Assembly: GCA_016214565.1 (NCBI GenBank)
Contig: JACROE010000002.1
Coordinates: 408,007-472,006 of the forward strand
DNA: 64,000 nucleotides
Origin: Candidatus Kerfeldbacteria bacterium
Lineage (GTDB): Bacteria > Patescibacteriota > Patescibacteriia > UBA10025 > JAHIVO01
Reading direction: 5' to 3'
Positions 47,468 to 57,500 of the stretch are shown piece by piece (the first letter of the stretch is position 1; the number at the start of each line of letters is the position of its first letter). The notes beneath the pieces were generated by a model, which was not told where the DNA came from, did not search any database, and worked only from the letters and a program-made list of their open reading frames with translations. The position numbers were made by a program, and so were the translations under genes.

Positions 47468-48444
47468 TGTCCTCGGTAGAATTTCGCGGCGTCTTCGGGT
47501 GCGACCGTGTTCACAATAACCTTTGAACCAAGCTCTACGCCGGCCCAGGTGTCACGGCGGGGGCATACCCGTAGATAAAAGTATTCTTGCGCGTCGGTGA
47601 CGGTTTGATGCATGTAGAAATTGTAGGGAAGCTGCAACTCATTCAAACGCTTGATAATTTTTTTGAGCACTTTTGCGAGCGACTTCAATTCGTCTTCCTC
47701 AAGGACGGTGATATTGTCTGCTTGCCGTTTTGGCACAATCCACGCTTCATAATTGTAGGATGAAGCGTAGGGGCAGAAAGCGGTGAGATATTTGTCACTG
47801 TAGATACGGCGCGGCCCGCGGGCTTCGTCCTGGGCTAATTTTTTATAGTAGGAGATGCCATTTTTCGTTTGGTAGGCATTAGCTCGGCTGAGTTTGTTAA
47901 TTATATGGCTCGGCACAAAGCCAGCCGCCATGATTTGAGAGTGGGCGTGTACCAGTGAAGCGCCGGCAACACCACCGTGGTTTTTGAAAATAATAATATA
48001 CTTGATTTTTGGATCTTGCATGAGAGCCAGGGTGCGCGCCACGTATGCTTTCAGCACTCGGTAGACGTGGGCCTCGCCAAATTCTGCAAATTCTTTATTA
48101 TGGTGGGGTGTTTCGATAACCACTTCCTGATGACCGTAGGCTTTAGGGTTGTCTGGACTGACAAAAGGGAAGATATTTTTTATAACCTTAATTTCCCACC
48201 ATTCGTCGGGCCCTTCTTGATACAGAGGCCGTTGCGACATCATTTTTGTTTCCAAGCAGAACGGACAGTCCTTCGATTTGACCGGCACATCCTGGACGCG
48301 TTGTGTATCATGTGGGCGTTTGGCGCGTTTGGGCGCTACGATAATAAAGCGATCGTGGATTTCATCAATCCGGATTTCGCTATTAGTAGGGAATATTTTA
48401 ACCTCGGGGAGAGGCTTCTTATTTGTTTTTTTTGACGTTGGCAT
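47464..48444 (-). CDS. GalT-family (HIT superfamily) hexose-1-phosphate nucleotidyltransferase/phosphorylase-like protein
   Basis: Zinc knuckle DCPFC, HIT-type HAHSQI (H-x-H-x-Q), and GalT-like length and organisation. Confidence 0.6.
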   Translation of the reverse strand: MPTSKKTNKKPLPEVKIFPTNSEIRIDEIHDRFIIVAPKRAKRPHDTQRVQDVPVKSKDCPFCLETKMMSQRPLYQEGPDEWWEIKVIKNIFPFVSPDNPKAYGHQEVVIETPHHNKEFAEFGEAHVYRVLKAYVARTLALMQDPKIKYIIIFKNHGGVAGASLVHAHSQIMAAGFVPSHIINKLSRANAYQTKNGISYYKKLAQDEARGPRRIYSDKYLTAFCPYASSYNYEAWIVPKRQADNITVLEEDELKSLAKVLKKIIKRLNELQLPYNFYMHQTVTDAQEYFYLRVCPRRDTWAGVELGSKVIVNTVAPEDAAKFYRGH

Positions 48445-49921
48445 AGTGTGGTTTGCTCGCTGTAGTAATCAGTTTGTCGTAGAGTGCTTGATAGGCGCGA
48501 GCTGAGGCTTCCCAGGAAAAATCCAGTTCCATATCATGCATGACTACAGTATGCCATGATTTTGGCTGCTGATAAAGGGTGATCGCTCGCTGGATGGCGC
48601 TGCGGAATGCATCGGCGGTTAATTCGGTGAAGACAAAGCCCTCTCCGTCCGTTCCATCAGCTCGAACCTCGTGCACAGTGTCTTTCAGTCCTCCCGTGGC
48701 TCGGACAATTGGCAGGGCGCCATAGCGCATGGCAATCATCTGTCCTAGGCCGCACGGCTCATAGCGGGAGGGCATGAGGAAAGCGTCGCTGCCGGCATAG
48801 ATCTGATGGGCCAGGGCATTATCAAATCCAATGCGTACCGCAATTGATTCGGGGTGACGTAGCGCCGCGTCGGTCATCAGCTTCTCCAATGTTTCAAGCC
48901 CGGTGCCCAAGACAATGAGCTGGGCGCCCATGGCGGCAATATCATCAGCGATGTCGGCCAGGAGATCGACGCCTTTTTGCTGAGCCAGGCGCGTGACAAT
49001 GGCCAAGAGGGGCTTTTCGGGCGCCGGGGGCAGCCCCATTGTTTTTTGCAGGGCCGCTTTGCAGGCAATTTTGCCGGCACGGTCATTGTTTGAGAATTTT
49101 TTTGTAATTAAGGGATCAGTAGCGGGGTCAAATATACTTACATCAATGCCATTTAAAATGCCGGACAAATCAGCGCGGCGAGTCGCAATGTCTCCCTCCA
49201 GTTTGGCGCCGTATTCTGGGGTGAGTATTTCCTCGGCATACGCCTGCGATACCGCGTTCAGAGCATCGGCGGTTAAGATGCCCTGGCGTAGGCTGATTAA
49301 CATCCCATCTTTTGTATTAGCCAGCACGGGATGGTCTGCTATGGAGAAGCCTAAAAGGTTAAGCACGGTTTCTTGGGTGTACCAGCCCTGGTATTCTAAA
49401 TTGTGAATAGTGAGCAGCGTTTTTGCTTTGGCCAGTTTTGGATCTGATTTACCCAGCACATCCTTGATCAAGGGCACCATGCCAACATGCCAGTCCTGGC
49501 AGTGAATGATGTCGGGGTACCATGCTAGCGCGGCAGGAAGCGCCACGGCGGCCCGGGAAAAGAAAAGGAATCGCTCTGCCTCATGCTTGGTTTTCTCAGG
49601 ACCGGTTATTTCATCAAAATAAATACTCCCTGTACCCAAGTAGTGGGGGTTATCGATGAGATACAGTGGCACTTGGCTATCCGGGATCGTAGTTTGAAAG
49701 ATGCTGATATATTCAGTGGTCCCCGCAAATGCAACGGGCACTTTTTCCGCAACCAGCTTCATTGCATTTGGTGGGAGCGTAATAGTGCTGTATTTTGGCA
49801 TGACTGCTCGGATATCAGTGGTGTTGCTGATAAGTGCTTTGGGTAGGGCGCCAGCCACATCGGCAAGACCACCAACTTTTGCTAATGGTGCTAGTTCAGC
49901 AGCAATAAAGAGTACGTTCAT
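48419..49921 (-). CDS. glgA: glycogen/starch synthase (GT5)
   Basis: MNVLFIAAELAPLAKVGGLADVAGALPKAL (the K-x-GGL motif) and a GT-B C-terminal domain. Start at 49921; the track ORF extends to 50083. Confidence 0.85.
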   Translation of the reverse strand: MNVLFIAAELAPLAKVGGLADVAGALPKALISNTTDIRAVMPKYSTITLPPNAMKLVAEKVPVAFAGTTEYISIFQTTIPDSQVPLYLIDNPHYLGTGSIYFDEITGPEKTKHEAERFLFFSRAAVALPAALAWYPDIIHCQDWHVGMVPLIKDVLGKSDPKLAKAKTLLTIHNLEYQGWYTQETVLNLLGFSIADHPVLANTKDGMLISLRQGILTADALNAVSQAYAEEILTPEYGAKLEGDIATRRADLSGILNGIDVSIFDPATDPLITKKFSNNDRAGKIACKAALQKTMGLPPAPEKPLLAIVTRLAQQKGVDLLADIADDIAAMGAQLIVLGTGLETLEKLMTDAALRHPESIAVRIGFDNALAHQIYAGSDAFLMPSRYEPCGLGQMIAMRYGALPIVRATGGLKDTVHEVRADGTDGEGFVFTELTADAFRSAIQRAITLYQQPKSWHTVVMHDMELDFSWEASARAYQALYDKLITTASKPHYANVKKNK

Positions 49922-50027
49922 AGGGTGCGTGGAAATATTTGTTTCTGCTATTAGTGTACCATGAAAATCGTTTCCGCCGGTAATTGGCCGAGTCTGGTTT
50001 GGCGCACAAAGCCCGGTGCAATAATAT

Positions 50028-51011
50028 TTACCGGGAAGGAAATTGTGGGTACTGCCGAAGCTGTTTGGCAGCGGCTCGGGCAAGATGAGAAAAGTGAGCG
50101 CGTCGGGGGTAAAAATGATACCCGACTACATTGAAGAGAGATTGAATAAAGACCGTCATATCCCATAGTCGTTTGGCGTCGGGATAGTGGCGATAGGCGT
50201 GTTCGTAATGTTTTTGCCATGCCGCTTGCCAGCGGGGGCGCTCGTGGGCGCGGAGCCACATCGCTACATAGTCATAGGTAGGAAGGGCCCAGCCAATATT
50301 TTCCCAATCAATGATTTTCCATTGTTTCCCGGCGCGAAGGAAATGCGCCGGATACAGTTCTTGGTGTGCCAGTACGCGCGGGGCACGTTTGAATACTTTG
50401 TCGGCTGCCATAAAATATGGTCGACAGCTGGCAGCAAATCCCGGCTGTTGCATAAAGGTGTCTACTAACTGCGCGTAGGGTGCGATAAATTTCCACAGGA
50501 AGCTCGGCAATTGCGGAGAATAGAGCAGTGATTGAAAAGATTTGGGGAAGACGCTAATTTTTTGTTGCTGCAGTGAGGCGAGTGTTGTTCCTATCTGTCG
50601 TTGTGAAGATTGATTGAAAAATGAGTTTACATATTTTGTTTCATTGTGTGGCTGCAGTGCGCCTGTACCACGTATTTCTTCGCGGATGTACCAGGCATGT
50701 GGACTGATACCCCCATGCCATACGCGTGGCGTGGCGCGTGAAAGTGGTGAGCGTAATTTTTGAATGGTCGATAGGAAGAGGTATTCCCTCCCCAGTTTTT
50801 CATTCGTCAATCGCTCCTGAGCGATCGGTCGTATGGTCATTTTAAATATTGCGGGTCGTCCGTGGTATGTACCGCTCGCCAAAAAATACCGCGGACCACG
50901 GGAACGTATTTGGGTAAGGTGAAACTTTTTTTCTTCCATCAACGCAGTGATGCGTGCCATTAGCCGGCGTTGCGCCGGAGCAGAGAGTGGCGGATGTTTT
51001 CCCATCACCAT
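50028..51011 (-). CDS. protein-kinase-like (APH/CotS-fold) family protein, possibly catalytically degenerate
   Basis: IIDWENIGWALPTYDYVAM (the IDWE motif), but the catalytic-loop position reads AHQELYPAH, with no HGD. Confidence 0.4.
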   Translation of the reverse strand: MVMGKHPPLSAPAQRRLMARITALMEEKKFHLTQIRSRGPRYFLASGTYHGRPAIFKMTIRPIAQERLTNEKLGREYLFLSTIQKLRSPLSRATPRVWHGGISPHAWYIREEIRGTGALQPHNETKYVNSFFNQSSQRQIGTTLASLQQQKISVFPKSFQSLLYSPQLPSFLWKFIAPYAQLVDTFMQQPGFAASCRPYFMAADKVFKRAPRVLAHQELYPAHFLRAGKQWKIIDWENIGWALPTYDYVAMWLRAHERPRWQAAWQKHYEHAYRHYPDAKRLWDMTVFIQSLFNVVGYHFYPRRAHFSHLARAAAKQLRQYPQFPSR

Positions 51012-51013
51012 AG

Positions 51014-52396
51014 TTAGTGTTTGGTGGTCAGCTGATCTTGTTTTTCTTTAAGCTCGTTGACTCGATTGCGGATTTGGGCGGCGCGTTCGTATTCCTGAGC
51101 ATCTGCTGCTTCGTGCATTTGCTTCTCGAGATTGTCCAGCATTTGCTTGAATTCATCAGCCGGAATATAGGGGATGTCAGTGGTGATGCGCTGGGTCACA
51201 TCTTCGTCGGCTGATTTGGCCATAACGTCTACCTTGCCGCTGCGTTGCCATTCAAAAGCAGTGAAGATAATATTTTGATACAGTTCTTGAGCGTGCATTT
51301 TCTCTTGCTCTGAGAGTTGAGAGCGCTGCACTATTTCCTTGAGATCTTTGGCGCCCGCTTCTATCATTTCGATACTCCACCAGGGCATCGCTGACGCCCA
51401 CCAGTACTGGTCAGAGTGTACACCGCGGTCAAGCCGCTCGCGCAATACGGGGTAATCAGGATGGGTGGGACCTAATTTTTCCACGGCGGAAATAGCCATA
51501 TAGGTGAGCTCCCATTGCATGGCATGGATTTCATTATCCTTATCCTGCCAGCGGGAATACGGTGTGTTTTGTTCAATATCCCGTTTCATCAGTGCCCACG
51601 ATGATGGTCGGGGGTCAATGGCTGCTCGTTTAGAAAAATGGCTTGGCAGATCGCTGAGGGTGGCAGCGGTGAGCTCTGGTGTCTCATAGAGGTCAAACAG
51701 GAGCTGCTCAAGACCGGGGCGATGGTGTCCAAACGTTTCCCCATCCATTGCCGTGATGAGGTATTCATTATTATTCACTCGTTCGCCAAGTAGTTTCACT
51801 AGCATGCTTCCGGAAAAGACGCTCATGCCAATTTCTGCGGAAAGGATGCGGAAACTGGCGGCTCGCTCTCGGAAAAAAACAAAGAAGTCATCAAAACCTT
51901 TGAGCGCATAAATAGTTGACCAGTCAACCTGGTTTAGGTCGCCTGAGTGAGCCAACTCATCCAAAATCATCCAGCGATATCCGAGCTTGGCGACTGTTTC
52001 GCCAACCGCACGGCTATAGGCCATTTCGGGCGGGAAAAATCCGGTTGGATTGTAAATGTCACCAAAGAATTTTTTATTAGTGATGGTGTTGAGTTCAATT
52101 TGGCGCTTGATTTCAGATTCTGGCATGAGAGGGAGGAAGGGGTGGTATTTGGCGCTGGCGGTCAATTCAATTTGCCCCTTCTCTGCTAAGAATCTAATAT
52201 CGCGAATAACATCTTTACAATTATATCGATCAAAGAGTTCGGTCAAGCCAGCGTTAATATTAAGTGTTAGTTTGGCGCTGGGGTGTTTTTTGAGGCCGCT
52301 CATGAGTTTGCGGTAGCTCTCATTGGCGATTTTTTTTACCCAATATTCTTTTTGGGTGGGTGGTTGATAGATATGGAGAAAGTTTGCCCAATACAT
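51014..52396 (-). CDS. glycoside hydrolase family 57 protein with a C-terminal UVR-like helix
   Basis: N-terminal WANFLHIYQPP...HPFLPLM...FFPPEMAYS resembles the GH57 (alpha-amylase/branching/4-alpha-glucanotransferase) core. The C-terminus ADAQEYERAAQIRNRVNELKEKQ resembles a UvrB/C UVR motif. Start MYWANF is at 52396. Confidence 0.7.
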   Translation of the reverse strand: MYWANFLHIYQPPTQKEYWVKKIANESYRKLMSGLKKHPSAKLTLNINAGLTELFDRYNCKDVIRDIRFLAEKGQIELTASAKYHPFLPLMPESEIKRQIELNTITNKKFFGDIYNPTGFFPPEMAYSRAVGETVAKLGYRWMILDELAHSGDLNQVDWSTIYALKGFDDFFVFFRERAASFRILSAEIGMSVFSGSMLVKLLGERVNNNEYLITAMDGETFGHHRPGLEQLLFDLYETPELTAATLSDLPSHFSKRAAIDPRPSSWALMKRDIEQNTPYSRWQDKDNEIHAMQWELTYMAISAVEKLGPTHPDYPVLRERLDRGVHSDQYWWASAMPWWSIEMIEAGAKDLKEIVQRSQLSEQEKMHAQELYQNIIFTAFEWQRSGKVDVMAKSADEDVTQRITTDIPYIPADEFKQMLDNLEKQMHEAADAQEYERAAQIRNRVNELKEKQDQLTTKH

Positions 52397-52404
52397 AGGT
52401 GTGG

Positions 52405-53637
52405 TTATGATGAAGTTATTTTTTTGCCCCCAATATAATGAACATAGGTATACGGGCTCGCCGCGAGATACCGATCCGCGATGCGCTTGAATCGATTTTG
52501 TTTTTGCCAGACCTCGGCAGTATGGATAATATGATCGGCGTATGTTTGTGCCCAACGTTGTTTTGGTGCAAGGAGATTGGCTAACTCAACCCATTCGGTT
52601 GCTTTGGACACTATGATTTTTTGGCTCCACCACGGTTTGGCTGAGGCCCACCACCATTGGTCTGACGCACAATATTGATCAAGCAATGTACGTGCTTTGG
52701 AATATTCAGGATGTTTTACGCTTTTTTGTACCAGCGCAATCACTCGACTACATAATTGCCATTGTAACTGGTGGATAGAATTGGTTGCGTCATCCCAAAG
52801 AATATAGGGCTGCCGTCGTCGTAATTCTTCAGGTCGGGAAGACCAACTAGAACGACGTGGGGTGGTTGGTCGCGCGACTGGCGTTTGTTTAATTAATTCT
52901 GAAATAGTAACTGTTTGCACGCGCTTGTTGGTCACCAGTCGTTCCCAAAGCCGTTCGGCGCCGGGGCGATGATGACCCAGGGTTTCGCCGTCCATGGCGG
53001 TAATAAATGCATGACCGGTATAGGCGGTGTGATCAACCTCATCCCAGAATGCGTTTGGTTTATTCAGCGGGATATGAAAGGCGATATAATCACTAAGCCA
53101 TTTATTTCGATAGATGACCGTTTGACCAGTGTGTGTATGTCGGTAGCGAAATGTAGGATCAATGGCACCTAATTCCCCACGCTGGGCAATTTCATCCAAG
53201 ATGAACCAGCGGAATCCCAGCTGTTGAGTGAGCGTAGCGACACGGGGGTCATACGCCATTTCTGGGAAGAAAAATCCTCGTGGTTGGTAGATTGATCCAA
53301 AATAGGCACGATTAACTTTTGTATTACGTTCAATTTGGCGCAACACTTCGTGACTTGGCAATTTAGGCAGTATCGGATGATAGATAGCCGAGCCCACTAG
53401 TTCAACTTGTCCACGCCGGGCAGCGGCAGTAATGAGACGAATGATGTCTCGGTACCCATGGTGGGCAAGCTGTTCAGTCAGCGATGCGCTCACGTTGAGG
53501 GTGATATGAATGTGGGGATGTCGTCGGAGTACCTGTAACAGTGGTCGGTAACTCTCACGAACGACTTTTCGAATAATCTGGAGCGACCACTGGGGTGGTT
53601 GGTAGATATGGAAAAAATTTGCCCAAGTTATTCTCAT
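52405..53637 (-). CDS. glycoside hydrolase family 57 protein (tandem paralog)
   Basis: MRITWANFFHIYQPP...HPILPKL...FFFPEMAYD has the same GH57 signature. 410 aa, no UVR tail. Confidence 0.7.
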   Translation of the reverse strand: MRITWANFFHIYQPPQWSLQIIRKVVRESYRPLLQVLRRHPHIHITLNVSASLTEQLAHHGYRDIIRLITAAARRGQVELVGSAIYHPILPKLPSHEVLRQIERNTKVNRAYFGSIYQPRGFFFPEMAYDPRVATLTQQLGFRWFILDEIAQRGELGAIDPTFRYRHTHTGQTVIYRNKWLSDYIAFHIPLNKPNAFWDEVDHTAYTGHAFITAMDGETLGHHRPGAERLWERLVTNKRVQTVTISELIKQTPVARPTTPRRSSWSSRPEELRRRQPYILWDDATNSIHQLQWQLCSRVIALVQKSVKHPEYSKARTLLDQYCASDQWWWASAKPWWSQKIIVSKATEWVELANLLAPKQRWAQTYADHIIHTAEVWQKQNRFKRIADRYLAASPYTYVHYIGGKKITSS

Positions 53638-55109
53638 GCGCGTTTGCTTTTGTTTTTTTTAGCCAGCGCGTATAGTTGGACGTACTTCTGCGCAGGCAAT
53701 TCCCAGGAATAGGTTTGTTGCATACCGCGGCGCATAAGTTCTTCCCAGGCACTTGGGTATTTATAGTTTTCCATTGCCCGGGCGACGGCGATTAAGAAAT
53801 CGGCCGTGCTGTAATGCTTGAAGACGAAACCATTGCCTTTTCGGGTGCGGGGATTGAAATTAGTTACGGTGTCTGAAAGTCCGCCGGTTTCATGAACGAT
53901 CGGCACGGAGCCGTACCGTAGGCTGATTAATTGCGACAGTCCGCAGGGCTCAAAGCGCGATGGCATCAGGAACATATCAGAACCTGCATACGTTAATGAG
54001 GCTAGCTCCTCGGTAAACGGAGTATAGATGCCAATCTTTTTTGGGTGTTTTTTTGCAATGCGCTTAAAGAAGGCGATGTACTCCCGAAAACCGCTACCCA
54101 CAATGACCATTTGTAGTGGTAGACGGATAAGTACGTCGATTGATTCCATGATTAAGCGAAATCCTTTTTGTTCGGTGAGGCGGTTCACCACGCCGATTAA
54201 GGGGATATCGGGATTTTGGTCGAGCCTAACTTTTTTTTGCAATGCCAGTTTGTTTTTTTTCTTCCGGGAGAGTGAGCTAACGTCGAATGGGTAGGGCAAG
54301 TTATTATCAAAGGCTGGGTTATTGACGGCGTAATCAATGCCATTGATAATGCCGTAGAGGTCGCTTTTGCGTTGGCGTAGCAATCGATCTAGGCCCTGTC
54401 CGAGTTCTGGTGTTGTGATTTCTTCGGCATACCGCTCGCTGACCGTATTGATCAAATCAGCATACACGATGCCACGCTTGGTGAAATTAAGATTGGCGAT
54501 TTGCTGCGACGCAGTTTTCGTTGGGTCGCCTCGTCCGGGGTCTATTTTTTTAATAGGCACTTCCCACCAATTACTCCCCATTTGGTAGGTAAGATTGTGC
54601 AGCGTATAAAGTGTGGCAGTCCGTTTGAGTGAAGGATAGCGATTACGATGTTTAGATAAGAAGTTAGGGATCAGCCCGGTTTGCCAATCATGGCAGTGTA
54701 TGACGTCAGGACGGAGTTTCAAAAGTTCAATCAATTTCAGAGTAGCAATGTTAAATACAAAGAAGCGCAGATTGTCGTTTGGGTAGCCATAAATATGGGA
54801 GCGGCTGCCGAAGAGTTGGTTGTTATGGATAAATAGTATTGTCAGGTGACGATTATACTGTAATTTATTAAAGGTGATACTATACTTTGTTTTACCTACT
54901 GAGACGGTGGCTTTCCCCGGAACCGCCACCATATTAAGATTTTGCTGCTGCATGAATTTATAAAACGGGGTGATCAAATACACCGTGTGTCCATTTTCAG
55001 ACAGGGCTTTGGGCAATGATTTGGCCACATCGGCCAAACCGCCGGTTTTGGAATACGGCGCCACCTCTGAGGCAACACTGACAATGCGTAATTTTTTTGC
55101 TGCAGCCAT
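53634..55109 (-). CDS. glgA: glycogen/starch synthase (GT5), second copy
   Basis: LRIVSVASEVAPYSKTGGLADVAKSLPKAL (K-x-GGL) and a GT-B fold, diverged from the first glgA. Confidence 0.85.
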   Translation of the reverse strand: MAAAKKLRIVSVASEVAPYSKTGGLADVAKSLPKALSENGHTVYLITPFYKFMQQQNLNMVAVPGKATVSVGKTKYSITFNKLQYNRHLTILFIHNNQLFGSRSHIYGYPNDNLRFFVFNIATLKLIELLKLRPDVIHCHDWQTGLIPNFLSKHRNRYPSLKRTATLYTLHNLTYQMGSNWWEVPIKKIDPGRGDPTKTASQQIANLNFTKRGIVYADLINTVSERYAEEITTPELGQGLDRLLRQRKSDLYGIINGIDYAVNNPAFDNNLPYPFDVSSLSRKKKNKLALQKKVRLDQNPDIPLIGVVNRLTEQKGFRLIMESIDVLIRLPLQMVIVGSGFREYIAFFKRIAKKHPKKIGIYTPFTEELASLTYAGSDMFLMPSRFEPCGLSQLISLRYGSVPIVHETGGLSDTVTNFNPRTRKGNGFVFKHYSTADFLIAVARAMENYKYPSAWEELMRRGMQQTYSWELPAQKYVQLYALAKKNKSKRA

Positions 55110-55115
55110 AGAGAT

Positions 55116-55613
55116 TTAGGTGGGGAGATGGGTGTGTGCGCCGCACAGGGCGATAGCTAATGCATCAGCCATATCATCCGGTCGTGGCAGGGAGCGCAAT
55201 TTGAGGATTTGTTTAACCATTTTTTGCATCTGGGATTTATCCGCCTGGCCATAGCCAGTGACTGCTTGTTTGACTTGAAGGGGGGTAAATTCGCAGATGC
55301 GGCAGCCCATCTGGATTGCGGCGAGGTAAGCAACGCCGCGGGCTTGGCCAACCGTAAGTGCGGTCGTAACATTCCGAGCAAAAAATAATTGTTCAATAGC
55401 GACGACGTCGGGGCGGTACCGCTGCATCAGGCCAGTCAGATCGTCATAGATAGTGTGCAGTCGTTTACCGAATGCCATCTGGGCTGGCGTCGTGACCGTA
55501 CCTGCGCTGATGATGTGGTATCCGGTTGCCCGTTCCTGGATAATGCCATATCCGGTTGTGGCGAGGCCCGGATCAATCCCCATGATGATGGGCTTCGGTT
55601 TAGATTTCCGCAT
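55116..55613 (-). CDS. ruvC: Holliday junction resolvase RuvC
   Basis: IMGIDPGLATTGYGII start with the RuvC catalytic Asp/Glu pattern. 165 aa. Confidence 0.85.
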   Translation of the reverse strand: MRKSKPKPIIMGIDPGLATTGYGIIQERATGYHIISAGTVTTPAQMAFGKRLHTIYDDLTGLMQRYRPDVVAIEQLFFARNVTTALTVGQARGVAYLAAIQMGCRICEFTPLQVKQAVTGYGQADKSQMQKMVKQILKLRSLPRPDDMADALAIALCGAHTHLPT

Positions 55614-56322
55614 TGGTAAAGATATTGGTAACGTCTTCGCTTTCCTCTAGCTCTTCAATAAGTTTTTGGATGCCGTTGCGTCCTGCTTCATCCAGGGGCA
55701 CGGTGGATTGGGGGACTGATTCGATTTCGGTACTGGTGAGGCGGAATTGATTTTTTTCAAGATGTTTTTTGAGGCTGGGCAATGATTCTGGCGTGCTGGT
55801 GATCGTGAATCCTTCGGGATCAGTACGAATATCTTCGGCGCCACCTTCGATGGCCGCTAATTCAAATGCTTCAGGATCGCTCACGTCTTCTCGATCAACG
55901 CGGATAATCCCTTTTGACGTAAACATCCAGCGAACGCTATTGGTACTTCCTAAATTAGCATTATTATGTGAGAGTATTCGTTTGATGTCGCTGGCGGTGC
56001 GGTTTTTATTGTCGGTGGCCGCCTCAATAATGACGGCTACACCATGGGGGCCATAGGCTTCATAAACAACCTCTTCGATGATAGCGCCTTCACCAACTCC
56101 GGCGGCACGCTGGATAGCCCGTTCGATGTTATCATTTGGCATATTAGCGGAGCGTGCCGTATCAATCGCCATGCGTAATCGAAAATTCATTTCCGGATCC
56201 GGGCCACCCTGCTTAGCCGCAACGGAAATACCCTTTGCTAATTTGGTAAAAAGGCCACTACGACGTTGGTCGGTGACCGCTTTTTGACGTTTAATTTGTG
56301 CCCATTTCGAGTGACCAGACAT
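55600..56322 (-). CDS. yebC: YebC/PmpR-family DNA-binding regulator
   Basis: MSGHSKWAQIKRQKA...NMPNDNIERAI. Start at 56322; the track ORF extends to 56400. Confidence 0.85.
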   Translation of the reverse strand: MSGHSKWAQIKRQKAVTDQRRSGLFTKLAKGISVAAKQGGPDPEMNFRLRMAIDTARSANMPNDNIERAIQRAAGVGEGAIIEEVVYEAYGPHGVAVIIEAATDNKNRTASDIKRILSHNNANLGSTNSVRWMFTSKGIIRVDREDVSDPEAFELAAIEGGAEDIRTDPEGFTITSTPESLPSLKKHLEKNQFRLTSTEIESVPQSTVPLDEAGRNGIQKLIEELEESEDVTNIFTNAEI

Positions 56323-56423
56323 AGCGCTACCGATGGGTGAAAAATATTCTGATAACCTTTGTACTATACCATATTTTTGTGTTATTATCAATGGTATCAC
56401 GTTAAACTTTCACCGTCTTTTTT

Positions 56424-57497
56424 ATGCGGATTTTAGATAATCGATCGGTCGTAAAACGATATGATCGTTCTGGTATGCTCGGTTCGATTGAATCACTTGC
56501 TTTGCAATGCCAGCAGGCCTGGGATGACACTCGACACATCATTGTTCCTCCAGCATTTCGCAGGGTGCGGCACATTGTGATAAACGCTATGGGCGGTTCG
56601 GCGCTTGGCGCTGATGTTATTCGTACTGTTTTTCAAGATCGGCTACCGTTACCGCTGATACTGACCAATCAGTATACCGTTCCGAAATTTGTTGATCGGG
56701 ATACATTATATATAGTATCGAGTTATTCAGGCACAACCGAGGAAATAACCGCAAGTATCGCGCCAGCCGTTCGTGCTCGAGCAAAGTTAATGATTATATG
56801 CGCCGGAGGAACCCTCGCTCGCTACGCTCGCCAGCATAAAATCCCCGCATATATTTTCACTCCACGATTTAACCCATCCCAACAGCCGCGCATGGCAGTC
56901 GGATATTCAGTGGCTGGGATTCTGGGTTTACTGTGCCAAGCTGGGCTGCTCAAAATTACTCAATCTGAATTTAATCAGGTAATTAGACAGATTGTGATGG
57001 CGCACGCATCGTTGGGCATAGCACGCCCAACCGTGCGTAATGTGGCTAAACAAACGGCTCAGGCGGTGCATGGTCGGGTGCCGGTGATTATTGCAGCCGA
57101 GCATCTATCGGGGATTGCTCACGTTATGGCAAATCAAGTGAACGAAAATAGCAAAGCGTTTTCCAATTTTTTTCTTATTTCGGAAATGAATCACCATTTG
57201 ATGGAGGGTCTGCGTTTCCCGAGGTCTAATAAGCGAAATTTAGGGTTTATTTTTTTGGAATCACGCTCGTATCATCCACGGAATCAGCGGCGCTTTGCCA
57301 TTACTCAGCGCGTGTTGACTCGGGCCGGCATTCCTTTTGTCCGGTATCAGGTGAAGGGGCCCACGGTGTTTGCTGAGGCGATGCAGGCGTTGACATTTTC
57401 TGGGTATGTTGGTTTTTATGGCGCGTTGCTCAATAAGATTGACCCGTCACCGATACCGGTGGTTGATTATTTCAAAAAAGAATTGTCTCGGTCCTGA
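56424..57497 (+). CDS. bifunctional phosphoglucose/phosphomannose isomerase-type SIS-domain protein
   Basis: Two SIS-like halves (INAMGGSALGADV; SYSGTTEE) and an overall archaeal-type PGI/PMI pattern. Confidence 0.6.
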   Translation: MRILDNRSVVKRYDRSGMLGSIESLALQCQQAWDDTRHIIVPPAFRRVRHIVINAMGGSALGADVIRTVFQDRLPLPLILTNQYTVPKFVDRDTLYIVSSYSGTTEEITASIAPAVRARAKLMIICAGGTLARYARQHKIPAYIFTPRFNPSQQPRMAVGYSVAGILGLLCQAGLLKITQSEFNQVIRQIVMAHASLGIARPTVRNVAKQTAQAVHGRVPVIIAAEHLSGIAHVMANQVNENSKAFSNFFLISEMNHHLMEGLRFPRSNKRNLGFIFLESRSYHPRNQRRFAITQRVLTRAGIPFVRYQVKGPTVFAEAMQALTFSGYVGFYGALLNKIDPSPIPVVDYFKKELSRS

Positions 57498-57500
57498 CAA

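Noticed and set aside
48877-49406. ORFs of 69 and 137 aa inside glgA on both strands
   Set aside because: They are nested within a confidently assigned glycogen synthase CDS.
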